Shown here: positions 49,495 through 56,983 of the stretch, one piece after another | Layout of the letters: every line of letters starts with the position of its first letter | Numbering within the stretch: position 1 is the first letter of the stretch | DNA from: a virus | IMG/VR virus record: IMGVR_UViG_3300032242_001280 | Direction: 5' to 3' (one strand) | Length of the DNA: 64,000 nt | Program-made: the position numbers and the translations under genes | Notes under the pieces: model-generated | Databases searched by the model: none | What the model saw: the letters and a program-made list of their open reading frames with translations, nothing else | Told to the model about the DNA's origin: nothing

Positions 49495-50379
49495 TTAAAC
49501 CGCCATTTCTGCTGTAATTGCTGGATGATGGCTATAATTCATTAAACGAATGTCTTCCATCTGTGCTGACCAAATATCTTTTACATCACTTAAATCAAGA
49601 AATGGAAGAGGATATGGTTTACGACTCAACTGTTCCATAACCTGCCCAACATGATTATTATAGATATGAACATCACCAAATGTCAAAATCAATTCACCTA
49701 CTTGTGCACCAATCGTCTTGGCAACTAAGTGTGTAAGTAGCGCATAACTTGCGATATTAAATGGCACACCTAAAAACAAATCAGCACTGCGTTGATACAT
49801 CTGGCAACTTAAAATATTTTTACGAATATAAAATTGCGCAAACATATGACAAGGCGGTAGCGCCATTTCTTTTAGTTCACCAGGATTCCATGCTGTGATA
49901 ATGTGACGGCGACCTGCTGGGTCTGCAATCAATCCATCGATTAAATCTTTTAATTGGTCTACTTCATCATAATTGCGAACTAGTGCGCCACTTTTAAATG
50001 GCGGAGTATTGTGATCTACATAGCGCCAATGACGCCATTGTACACCATATACACGACCCAAATCGCCAGGATAACGAGACTTTGGAAGCCAATAGCTTGC
50101 GTTAGCGTTTGCAGTCCAGATGGTTTTCTTTGCTTCATCTCTTGTGCCATGTAATATCTCTGCCAATCGTCGCTCATCGCCACTACCTTCAATAAACCAA
50201 AGTAATTCACTAACCACGCTCTTCCATGCAAGTTTCTTTGTTGTAACTGCTGGAAATCCTTCTTGTAGATTGTAGCGCAACTGCTCGCCAAATAAACTAA
50301 CAGTACCAACACCAGTTCTATCGATGCTTTGTGGTCCAGTTAGGATAATTTTTTTACATAGGTCATTATAATTTTGCAT
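49495..50379 (-). CDS. thyA: Thymidylate synthase
   Basis: DRTGVGT, ELLWF, GRRHI, MALPPCH, YQRSADLFLGVPFN, GDVHIY. Confidence 0.97.
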   Translation of the reverse strand: MQNYNDLCKKIILTGPQSIDRTGVGTVSLFGEQLRYNLQEGFPAVTTKKLAWKSVVSELLWFIEGSGDERRLAEILHGTRDEAKKTIWTANANASYWLPKSRYPGDLGRVYGVQWRHWRYVDHNTPPFKSGALVRNYDEVDQLKDLIDGLIADPAGRRHIITAWNPGELKEMALPPCHMFAQFYIRKNILSCQMYQRSADLFLGVPFNIASYALLTHLVAKTIGAQVGELILTFGDVHIYNNHVGQVMEQLSRKPYPLPFLDLSDVKDIWSAQMEDIRLMNYSHHPAITAEMAV

Positions 50380-50866
50380 ACTTCCACACCTGAAATACTT
50401 TATCTTTGCCGTAGGTTTCCCAATCCATTTGGAAATTCTGTAGTAAGTCTACCACATCTACGCTTACATCACAATTATAATTATCATCAAATTTAGTCAT
50501 ATATATTTGTCGAAATAAATGTTTAGTGCTATCAATAAGTTTTGCACCGCCTATAATCCATATATCTTTATCAGGATAATTTGCTTTTAATACAGCTAAA
50601 CTTTGCTCAATATAGTTGCCATGAATGATAGTATGCGCATCACGAAAACTTTCAACTGGTTGATTGGTCACAACACAGCAATGGCGGTCTGGCAGAGGTT
50701 TTGGCATCTTAGGGTCTAGCCATGTGTTGCTGCCCATTACTACAATATGATTGCGGGTATTGGTAGAAAACCATTGCATATCTTGCTTGTCATAGGGCCA
50801 AGGAAGGCTTCCGCCTTGTCCTATACCGCCGTTTTTATCTACTGCAAAGATTGCCTTAATCATCAC
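50366..50866 (-). CDS. folA: Dihydrofolate reductase
   Basis: AVDKNGGIG-GGSLPW...DMQWF...VVMG-NTW...PLPDR...IIGG; adjacent to thyA. Confidence 0.95.
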   Translation of the reverse strand: MMIKAIFAVDKNGGIGQGGSLPWPYDKQDMQWFSTNTRNHIVVMGSNTWLDPKMPKPLPDRHCCVVTNQPVESFRDAHTIIHGNYIEQSLAVLKANYPDKDIWIIGGAKLIDSTKHLFRQIYMTKFDDNYNCDVSVDVVDLLQNFQMDWETYGKDKVFQVWKYAKL

Positions 50867-51167
50867 CTAACAATCTATTGGTTTTTGCATCAACTTCTTC
50901 TGCCAATGCTGGTATGTTAATATGAAAATCTACTTGACTTATTATATCGTCATGTTCTGAAAGAAAATCTTCAACTGTTTCTTCAATCAACTTGACATCG
51001 TACCCATGATTAATCATATGTTGAATATCAAACACGGTTGTTTCATTATTATCAAATTCGATTGATACTTCTCGTATAAATCGCATGGGAACTTCTGAAA
51101 TTTCAACAGTAGATATCAGATGTTCCCAGCGATCATAGAAGTCTTCACTGAAATATGACTCAGGCAC
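50856..51167 (-). CDS. Hypothetical acidic protein
   Basis: 103-aa ORF overlapping both neighbours. Confidence 0.75.
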   Translation of the reverse strand: MPESYFSEDFYDRWEHLISTVEISEVPMRFIREVSIEFDNNETTVFDIQHMINHGYDVKLIEETVEDFLSEHDDIISQVDFHINIPALAEEVDAKTNRLLGDD

Positions 51168-51822
51168 TGGCCTTGGTCTTCGTGGTTTTCTTTACAGCAG
51201 GTGCCTTTGCTGGTGTGTGCACTGGATTAGGATTCTTAATTTCGTTTAACTGCTGTTGCATAGCTTGCATGGTTTGCATCATCTGCATCATTACCGCAGT
51301 CATATCTGGTGCTGCAGCAGGAGCAACTGGTGCAACCGCCTTTTCAATACCCATATCAGTAAGATTTACGCCTTCTGAAACAAACGCATCGGTTGCCTCT
51401 GTCTTCATGGGGTCAGCCATGCCTTGCTGATTTTCCATTCGTTCTAATTGCTTTACTGCACTATCGCCCCGCCCAACTTGGTTTAACAACTTGCTAAGCT
51501 CATCAAGGCGCATGCTGCTCTTGGCATTTGGAGTGACCATAACGCTGTTAGCTGTAACGCGCTTTAGATAACCTTCGCTGCTTAATGCTTCAAGCATATT
51601 CTGACCATCGGCCATCATGCGGCGTTGTAAAACATCTCTAAACTCAAATGCAGATTGACCAGCTTCGCTTTCAAGAATTTGCATAACATCATCATGGTAC
51701 TTGCTTGGCATAATATCGCTATAGATAACAACTGCCATGTGATCTTCTGGCATCGGTAATTGGCGCTGTACGATAATTACCTTCTTGCTGTTGACTTTGC
51801 CAACATGCTTAAAAAAACTCAT
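51160..51822 (-). CDS. Hypothetical phage protein
   Basis: 220-aa ORF, FKHVG N-terminus, ATGA-coupled to the upstream gene. Confidence 0.8.
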   Translation of the reverse strand: MSFFKHVGKVNSKKVIIVQRQLPMPEDHMAVVIYSDIMPSKYHDDVMQILESEAGQSAFEFRDVLQRRMMADGQNMLEALSSEGYLKRVTANSVMVTPNAKSSMRLDELSKLLNQVGRGDSAVKQLERMENQQGMADPMKTEATDAFVSEGVNLTDMGIEKAVAPVAPAAAPDMTAVMMQMMQTMQAMQQQLNEIKNPNPVHTPAKAPAVKKTTKTKASA

Positions 51823-52049
51823 TGATTTACTTCCTCTGTTGGTTGATCAGCAACGGGTGCTGCTGGTGTATTGGCAACGACAAATGCCTTTATCTTAGTG
51901 TAAACTGCGCCTACTGTGGCTAATTCTTCAGCACGAAATGCTCCGCGCTGAGAACAAACTTCAATAATCTGTACTAGAAAACCAATATCTGCAATACTCA
52001 AGTTTGTATCTTGGGTTGGTGCAGGTTCATTAGTAATTTCATAACTCAT
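51819..52049 (-). CDS. Hypothetical phage protein
   Basis: 76 aa with GGAGA RBS; LSIADI...IEVCSQRGAFRAEEL--VG-VY motif. Confidence 0.8.
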   Translation of the reverse strand: MSYEITNEPAPTQDTNLSIADIGFLVQIIEVCSQRGAFRAEELATVGAVYTKIKAFVVANTPAAPVADQPTEEVNQ

Positions 52050-52082
52050 TTTAATTCTCCGTAATATCTATTATTTACCCAT

Positions 52083-52118
52083 AAAAAAATGGTGCCGATT
52101 TTTTTTCGGCACCATTTT
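52083..52118 (-). terminator. Rho-independent terminator after the vWA gene
   Basis: Stem AAAATGGTGCCGA/TCGGCACCATTTT with a T-run on the minus strand, 3 nt after the stop codon. Confidence 0.9.
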
Positions 52119-52121
52119 ATA

Positions 52122-53387
52122 TCAATCTTCGTAGTAAGCGTGGATACCAAATGGCGGTTCAATGGTCTTGTTGTACTTGTTATGGATGATCCATACTGTA
52201 TCGCAATAGTTCTCGTCGCCCCATGAACCGTATGGTTCGCCATCGGTAAACACAATAAAGAGTTTTGGATTTACATCTTCGTCCTTCATCCATTTCCAGT
52301 TGACATCAAAGTCAGTACCACCAAAACCTGCAGCTTCATAGTTGATGAGATCATCGCCATCAGCAGTGGTATAATCTACAGGGTTATGAATTTGCGTATC
52401 AAAACACCAAATCTTAACCTTGTAGTCATCATATGACTGCATGATGCCATTGATTTCGCTAAAGAAATCATTCAACTGGTCATTGCCAATAGAACCACTG
52501 GTATCAATTGCGATGCAAACATCAATAGCTTGATCCTTGCGCATGTTAGGCAGAACAAAACCCTGTGAGAACATTTTCTTGTTAGGAATAGTCCAAGTGT
52601 AATCGTTCTTGATAGTAGACTGGATTTGTTGTGTGATAAGTTCACGCCAGTTGATCTTAGGTTGCGTGAGTTCATTGATCATACGCTTGATATTGCCAGG
52701 CGTATTGCCAGCACCTGCGGATTGTGCAGCGGCAAGCATAGCTTCTTTAAACTCGTCCTTGATAGCCTGACGCTCTTCTGGTGTCATTGGATTAGGACGA
52801 CCATTGCCCTTGCCATCTTTGTCATCTTCGTTATCGCCTTCGCCCTTGCCGCTGTTACCTTCTAGGTGGTCATCAAGCAATTGGTCAAGCAAATCTTCGA
52901 TATTGATTTTCTGTGCGTTCTTAATCAAGTCATCATAAACTTGTTCAAAATTCCAGTCATCATACTTGCGATCATACAGGACAGGCACGACCGTAATCTT
53001 TTGACCAAGGTTGTACTTGATGCAATCAGCATTGACCACATAGTCCATTGCAATGTTAGCAAGGTCACGGTTATAACCACGACCACGGTTCATATGGTCA
53101 TACGCGCAATGAAGCAACTCATGACAGAACAAGAACATCATCTGGTTGGTAGGCAACTTGAGGATAAAGTCACTATTGTAGTAGAAGTGGCGACCATCAG
53201 TGGCAGCAGTGGTCAGCCAACTATCAGCATTGACCAGTTTGAGCCGCATGGCAAGGTTACCGAAAAATGGTTGCTTGAGAACGAGAGCAATACGCGCTTT
53301 AAGGATTGCCTGACGAGCGTCATGGTCCTTGTTTTGATCGATGGTATCGCTGAGTTTGCCAGCGCCTGGTTGGTTCTTTTTAGCCAT
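52122..53387 (-). CDS. HExxH metallopeptidase-like plus vWA domain protein (DUF2201-type), partner of the AAA+ ATPase
   Basis: PFFG...TAATDG...HELLH; acidic/Gly linker; AIDTSGS MIDAS, GGTDF, FTDG. Start placed at ATG 53387, 8 nt after GGAGA. Confidence 0.9.
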   Translation of the reverse strand: MAKKNQPGAGKLSDTIDQNKDHDARQAILKARIALVLKQPFFGNLAMRLKLVNADSWLTTAATDGRHFYYNSDFILKLPTNQMMFLFCHELLHCAYDHMNRGRGYNRDLANIAMDYVVNADCIKYNLGQKITVVPVLYDRKYDDWNFEQVYDDLIKNAQKINIEDLLDQLLDDHLEGNSGKGEGDNEDDKDGKGNGRPNPMTPEERQAIKDEFKEAMLAAAQSAGAGNTPGNIKRMINELTQPKINWRELITQQIQSTIKNDYTWTIPNKKMFSQGFVLPNMRKDQAIDVCIAIDTSGSIGNDQLNDFFSEINGIMQSYDDYKVKIWCFDTQIHNPVDYTTADGDDLINYEAAGFGGTDFDVNWKWMKDEDVNPKLFIVFTDGEPYGSWGDENYCDTVWIIHNKYNKTIEPPFGIHAYYED

Positions 53388-53414
53388 AATCATGTTCTCC
53401 AATGTTTATAACTT

Positions 53415-53443
53415 ATAATAGCACAATATAGATGTTTGTCAAG
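53415..53443 (-). promoter_or_regulatory. Early cassette promoter (vWA gene)
   Basis: cTTGACA-N16-TATTAT with TGn extension. Confidence 0.82.
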
Positions 53444-53445
53444 AG

Positions 53446-53484
53446 AAAAAAATAGGGGAGCAGTTTCACGGACTGCTCCCCTAT
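53446..53484 (-). terminator. Rho-independent terminator after the AAA+ gene
   Basis: 13-bp stem ATAGGGGAGCAGT/ACTGCTCCCCTAT followed by a T-run on the minus strand. Confidence 0.9.
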
Positions 53485-53486
53485 AA

Positions 53487-53519
53487 CTCGCCCTCACTGA
53501 TGGAGAACGATGGGGCGAG
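53487..53519 (-). promoter_or_regulatory. 3'-UTR hairpin whose loop is antisense to the gene's own RBS region
   Basis: Stem CTCGCCC/GGGCGAG; enclosed 53496-53507 is the exact reverse complement of 54658-54669. Confidence 0.6.
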
Positions 53520-53521
53520 AA

Positions 53522-54652
53522 TTAGTCACGCACGGCGGCGAGAATATAATCACCGTTCTTTGCATGGTATTCCTTGTAGTTGTTCATCTTGCTAGTCTTG
53601 ATTGGCAACTTGTAATTGCGCAAGATGGTAGCAAGCATCATTACCTGCAGTTCTGTGTCCATATGATCGAGGAAGAAACGGAACACATTATCCAGTTCAC
53701 CGTGCCATGCAGTGTAATCACTTTCCTTCATCTTGTCACCGCCGCGATTGACAAACGAGTCCTTGAGTTCGTAGCAGATAGAAACAGTCAACGAGTACTT
53801 GGCACCGATTTCCTTAGTACGAAGTTCCTTGACTTTACCGTTCAGAATGTCACTAGGATTAGGCATCTGGCTTGCAACCTTACGGTGGGCAGCAAACTTG
53901 AGTGCAACACCTTCACCAACCGTACCGCTCACAAGGTCATTGAGTTCGGTATCGTTAAGGTCTTCTTGCAGAAGTTCGCTGACAAACGACCACGAGCGAG
54001 GCGTAGCAAACGATGCACCTGACGAGCGAGGATCGAAGTTGAACAAGTCATTCTTATTACAGGTGACATATGCAACCACATCAGGGTTGATAGCATGGTT
54101 GATAGCCCAATCATTCCACGACTCGAAGTCAACACGCAAGTTCAAGTGAACAAAACGGTTAGCAAGTGGCGATGGCATACGATAGACTACACCACGATCA
54201 GTATCGCGGTTGCCAGCAGCAACGATAACAACATTGTCAGGAAGTTCATAAGTACCAACACGACGATTAAGAACCAACTGGTAAGCAGCAGCCTGTGTTG
54301 CAGGTGCAGCACTGTTCATTTCGTCAAGGAATAGGAATACCACAGGATACTTGGCAGCTTCTTCTGCAGATGGCAGATCAGGCGGAGCATTCCACATAGC
54401 ATTGCCGACAGTAGGATTGTAGTATAGAACGCCCTTCAAGTCAGAAGGGTCCATGAGTGCAAGACGCAAGTCATACAACTTACCACCCATGCTTTCGCAA
54501 AGGTCTGCAACGAGTTCGGACTTACCGATACCAGGCGCACCCCAAAGGAATACAGGACGCTTGCGACGAGCGCAAACCATGACCTCACGCTTTGCAGCAG
54601 CGAGGGTAACCGTGCGCACTTCGGAAAGTGCAGTGTCAGTGTTCTTAGCCAT
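53522..54652 (-). CDS. MoxR-like AAA+ ATPase
   Basis: Walker A GAPGIGKS, Walker B FLFLDE, AAGN sensor, PLANRF arginine finger, ATPRSW. Confidence 0.93.
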   Translation of the reverse strand: MAKNTDTALSEVRTVTLAAAKREVMVCARRKRPVFLWGAPGIGKSELVADLCESMGGKLYDLRLALMDPSDLKGVLYYNPTVGNAMWNAPPDLPSAEEAAKYPVVFLFLDEMNSAAPATQAAAYQLVLNRRVGTYELPDNVVIVAAGNRDTDRGVVYRMPSPLANRFVHLNLRVDFESWNDWAINHAINPDVVAYVTCNKNDLFNFDPRSSGASFATPRSWSFVSELLQEDLNDTELNDLVSGTVGEGVALKFAAHRKVASQMPNPSDILNGKVKELRTKEIGAKYSLTVSICYELKDSFVNRGGDKMKESDYTAWHGELDNVFRFFLDHMDTELQVMMLATILRNYKLPIKTSKMNNYKEYHAKNGDYILAAVRD

Positions 54653-54681
54653 TTTGTTTCTCCATCAGTTGACTATAATTT

Positions 54682-54710
54682 AATATAGCATATTATTTTG
54701 TTCTGTCAAG
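54682..54710 (-). promoter_or_regulatory. Early cassette promoter (AAA+ gene)
   Basis: cTTGACA-N16-TATATT with TGn. Confidence 0.85.
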
Positions 54711-54718
54711 GACTTTTT

Positions 54719-55045
54719 TTACAGTGCACCCGTCCAACGGATGCAATCAAGGGTACCGTCTAGAACATTACCACGAGCAAAGTTCATAGCAGGAGCCTTC
54801 CAAGAGGCAGGTTTCAAGATATCACCTGCACGGAATTTTGGACCATCCTTCTTAACTACAAAAGAATGCACCGAATTACGCTGAATGATCTTGAAATACT
54901 TGCTGCCTTCCTCAATACGGATAGAGGCATTATATTCTTTAATCATCTTGGCGACGATTGGATCACTAGTACGGTTGCCGCTCCAAGCAAGATAATCGGC
55001 TTTGGACTTTTCAATGATAGCGGCGAGACCAGATTGCATATCCAT
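54719..55045 (-). CDS. Conserved small phage protein
   Basis: 108 aa; SVHSFV...GDILKPASWKAPA---ARGNV motif; own promoter and GGAGA RBS. Confidence 0.85.
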   Translation of the reverse strand: MDMQSGLAAIIEKSKADYLAWSGNRTSDPIVAKMIKEYNASIRIEEGSKYFKIIQRNSVHSFVVKKDGPKFRAGDILKPASWKAPAMNFARGNVLDGTLDCIRWTGAL

Positions 55046-55074
55046 GGGAAATCTCCGTTGCTGTTTATATTATA

Positions 55075-55103
55075 ACAATAACACAGAATTAGGGTATGTC
55101 AAG
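55075..55103 (-). promoter_or_regulatory. Early cassette promoter
   Basis: cTTGACA-N16-TATTGT with TGn; the -35 contains the upstream TGA stop. Confidence 0.82.
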
Positions 55104-55353
55104 CACTTTTTGGTTTATTTAACATCATTTCTTTTATAAGAAATTTGGCGATATTTAACTGCTGACGGATAAATTCATCAACATTTGGGGACGGAATTGA
55201 TGGATTTTTTCTATCCATCATTTCCTGACAATCGGAAAGAATACCCATGACGACCATCTCCACGCCAACCAGTTTAGCAGAGAGGCTGTTGATATATTGG
55301 TCACGGATATCGGCTCTAGACATGCCGTAGCAGATTTGTTCAGAATGCGTCAT
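55099..55353 (-). CDS. Hypothetical early protein
   Basis: 84 aa; own promoter and GGAGAG RBS. Confidence 0.8.
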   Translation of the reverse strand: MTHSEQICYGMSRADIRDQYINSLSAKLVGVEMVVMGILSDCQEMMDRKNPSIPSPNVDEFIRQQLNIAKFLIKEMMLNKPKSA

Positions 55354-55380
55354 GTGTATCTCTCCATTGCTTATATTAGT

Positions 55381-55409
55381 AATATAACACAGAATTAGAG
55401 GCTGTCAAG
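55381..55409 (-). promoter_or_regulatory. Early cassette promoter
   Basis: cTTGACA-N16-TATATT with TGn. Confidence 0.85.
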
Positions 55410-55411
55410 GG

Positions 55412-55582
55412 TTATTTTTTAACCCCGTCTGTGAGACCAATTGCCACACATTCGTTAGGAAATTTAGCCCACATTTCCGTGATAAGAGCAGCACGAGATT
55501 CCTCAATGCCAGGAATTTCAGCGATTTCGCTAAGGGTGATGATTTCTTCCACATACTGAGAAAATGACCAAGAATTGCGCAT
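55412..55582 (-). CDS. Hypothetical early protein, 56 aa (not in the ORF track)
   Basis: ATG at 55582 after TGATGGAGA and a cassette promoter; translates MRNSWSFSQYVEEIITLSEIAEIPGIEESRAALITEMWAKFPNECVAIGLTDGVKK*. Confidence 0.85.
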   Translation of the reverse strand: MRNSWSFSQYVEEIITLSEIAEIPGIEESRAALITEMWAKFPNECVAIGLTDGVKK

Positions 55583-55611
55583 CCGTGTTCTCCATCAATT
55601 GACTATAACTT

Positions 55612-55640
55612 AATATAACATGGATTTAGGAGTTGTCAAG
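55612..55640 (-). promoter_or_regulatory. Early cassette promoter
   Basis: cTTGACA-N16-TATATT with TGn. Confidence 0.85.
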
Positions 55641-55648
55641 CGAAAAGT

Positions 55649-55858
55649 TTAGCTATTATCACCAGACCAGTATTTTAATTCAGCCTCAGTTATTGGCGCA
55701 ACTACCTGTGGACGCCGAACTGATGACAGAGTTGCCCATGGATTAACCCGACAAACAGCCTCTTGAATATCGGCATCATTGCATCCATCAGGAAGACGAA
55801 CTGTAACAGTGCCACCAAAATCTGCATAACCTTTTGGCCAAATTTCTAAGATAATCAT
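55649..55858 (-). CDS. Hypothetical early protein
   Basis: 69 aa; own promoter and GGAGA RBS. Confidence 0.8.
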   Translation of the reverse strand: MIILEIWPKGYADFGGTVTVRLPDGCNDADIQEAVCRVNPWATLSSVRRPQVVAPITEAELKYWSGDNS

Positions 55859-55886
55859 AGCCGTCTCCGTTGCTGTTTATATTATA

Positions 55887-55915
55887 ACAATAACACAGAT
55901 TTAAAGGTTGTCAAG
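55887..55915 (-). promoter_or_regulatory. Early cassette promoter
   Basis: cTTGACA-N16-TATTGT with TGn; the -35 contains the upstream TGA stop. Confidence 0.82.
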
Positions 55916-56114
55916 CACTTTTTTCAAAGTAGCGGATATCGGCTTCCGTGGTATGGGGGTCTTCTGCACGGATTGCCGCAACCAACATGCCCCACTTATT
56001 ATCAAGTGCCTTGCTGATCGCATTGGCTTCATCATACCGACCAGTGTCCATATAAAGACCATAGATGGTTTCTAGGGCGGTCAGGTCCATGCGGATGGCT
56101 TCGATGTGGTCCAT
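55911..56114 (-). CDS. Hypothetical early protein
   Basis: 67 aa; own promoter and AAGGG RBS. Confidence 0.8.
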   Translation of the reverse strand: MDHIEAIRMDLTALETIYGLYMDTGRYDEANAISKALDNKWGMLVAAIRAEDPHTTEADIRYFEKSA

Positions 56115-56144
56115 GGGGTATCCCTTTCTATTGCTTATATTATG

Positions 56145-56173
56145 AATATAACACAGGTTTAAGGATTGTCAAG
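56145..56173 (-). promoter_or_regulatory. Early cassette promoter
   Basis: cTTGACA-N16-TATATT with TGn; the -35 contains the upstream TGA stop. Confidence 0.85.
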
Positions 56174-56816
56174 CATCTTTTTTAATCCGCACATAGTGCA
56201 AACGGGTTTGGTTATTGTCATCGTGCTTGTGAACACGGGCTGTCAAATTAATGACAGTTCCACGCGCCAGTTGTTCGCTGAGAGGGAAGCAAACAAGGCA
56301 ATTATCGGCAGTAATTGCGGTATGGTACCACTTATTGTAATTGGCGCTATAAACCGCTGATTTGATTGTAATTTCTGCGGAAATGTTATCGCCAACCTTG
56401 CCAATGTGACGGCTATTTTCTGAAATTTGACGGATTTCATCGCGAGAATTTTCACGATCAATAGCGTTTTTATAGGAATTTGGAACGCTAGCAACCAGTG
56501 CTAAGGTCTTGAAATCCTTGGCATTAATCTCTTTTTGTTCGGTCAGCAGAACCAAGTTCTTCCAATAATCATGAAGAGTTCCAGCAACAAGTTCAATCAT
56601 TTTGCTGTCAAGATATTGGAGAATTTCATTAGCAATTTCAATGTCTTGTGGCAAATGGTCAAAGTTTACCATTTCTGGATTGAGAAATTCACGCATAAGT
56701 GCGCCATTGGAAAGTTCACCTTCCTTGGCATCATAACGCTTGATATACTTGCCATTAACCCTTTGGGCGGCTACGGCGGCGGTCATGGCATCTTTGAGAG
56801 AAATGGTATCAGTCAT
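56169..56816 (-). CDS. Hypothetical protein with possible C-terminal OB-fold
   Basis: Start reassigned to ATG 56816 (MTDTIS), which overlaps the arfA-like stop (ATGACTGA) and follows AAGGA; HIGKVGD...TRLHYV C-terminus. Confidence 0.75.
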   Translation of the reverse strand: MTDTISLKDAMTAAVAAQRVNGKYIKRYDAKEGELSNGALMREFLNPEMVNFDHLPQDIEIANEILQYLDSKMIELVAGTLHDYWKNLVLLTEQKEINAKDFKTLALVASVPNSYKNAIDRENSRDEIRQISENSRHIGKVGDNISAEITIKSAVYSANYNKWYHTAITADNCLVCFPLSEQLARGTVINLTARVHKHDDNNQTRLHYVRIKKDA

Positions 56817-56928
56817 TGCTAGTTTCCTTTTGCTTCTTACGATTATAACTGCCTTTGCCTTTTTTGGCAAGAACTATTCTCTGACGGTACAGAGGTTTCG
56901 CTAATTCTCTTGCTTCTGCGCTGCGCAT
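56809..56928 (-). CDS. arfA: Alternative ribosome-rescue factor A-like protein, 39 aa (not in the ORF track)
   Basis: MRSAEARELAKPLYRQRIVLAKKGKGSYNRKKQKETSND*; matches the ArfA core PLFRQRV...KKGKGSY-RK; own promoter and GGAGA RBS. Confidence 0.82.
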   Translation of the reverse strand: MRSAEARELAKPLYRQRIVLAKKGKGSYNRKKQKETSND

Positions 56929-56954
56929 TGCCTTTCTCCATTGCTTATATTATG

Positions 56955-56983
56955 AATATAGCATGGATTATATATCTGTCAAG
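56955..56983 (-). promoter_or_regulatory. Early cassette promoter (arfA-like gene)
   Basis: cTTGACA-N16-TATATT with TGn; the -35 contains the upstream TGA stop. Confidence 0.85.

Larger units (their letters stand above)
55052..55899. repeat. 36-bp exact direct repeat (two promoter-RBS cassettes)
   Basis: TCTCCGTTGCTGTTTATATTATAACAATAACACAGA at 55052-55087 and 55864-55899. Confidence 0.95.

Noticed and set aside
49495-50379. thyA as a dCMP/dUMP hydroxymethylase for DNA hypermodification
   Set aside because: It keeps the canonical PCH, YQRSAD and PFN (dUMP-specifying Asn) motifs and is paired with DHFR, as for an ordinary thymidylate synthase.
52626-54683. Plus-strand ORFs over the vWA and AAA+ genes, including 53510..54022
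   Set aside because: Fully antisense to conserved genes with no recognisable motifs. The apparent RBS at 53502 is better explained as the antisense loop, though it is kept as an alternative in the findings.
56817-56870. N-terminal extension of the 233-aa ORF from a TTG start
   Set aside because: It overlaps the arfA-like ORF in another frame; ATG 56816 with an RBS and stop/start coupling is the better start.
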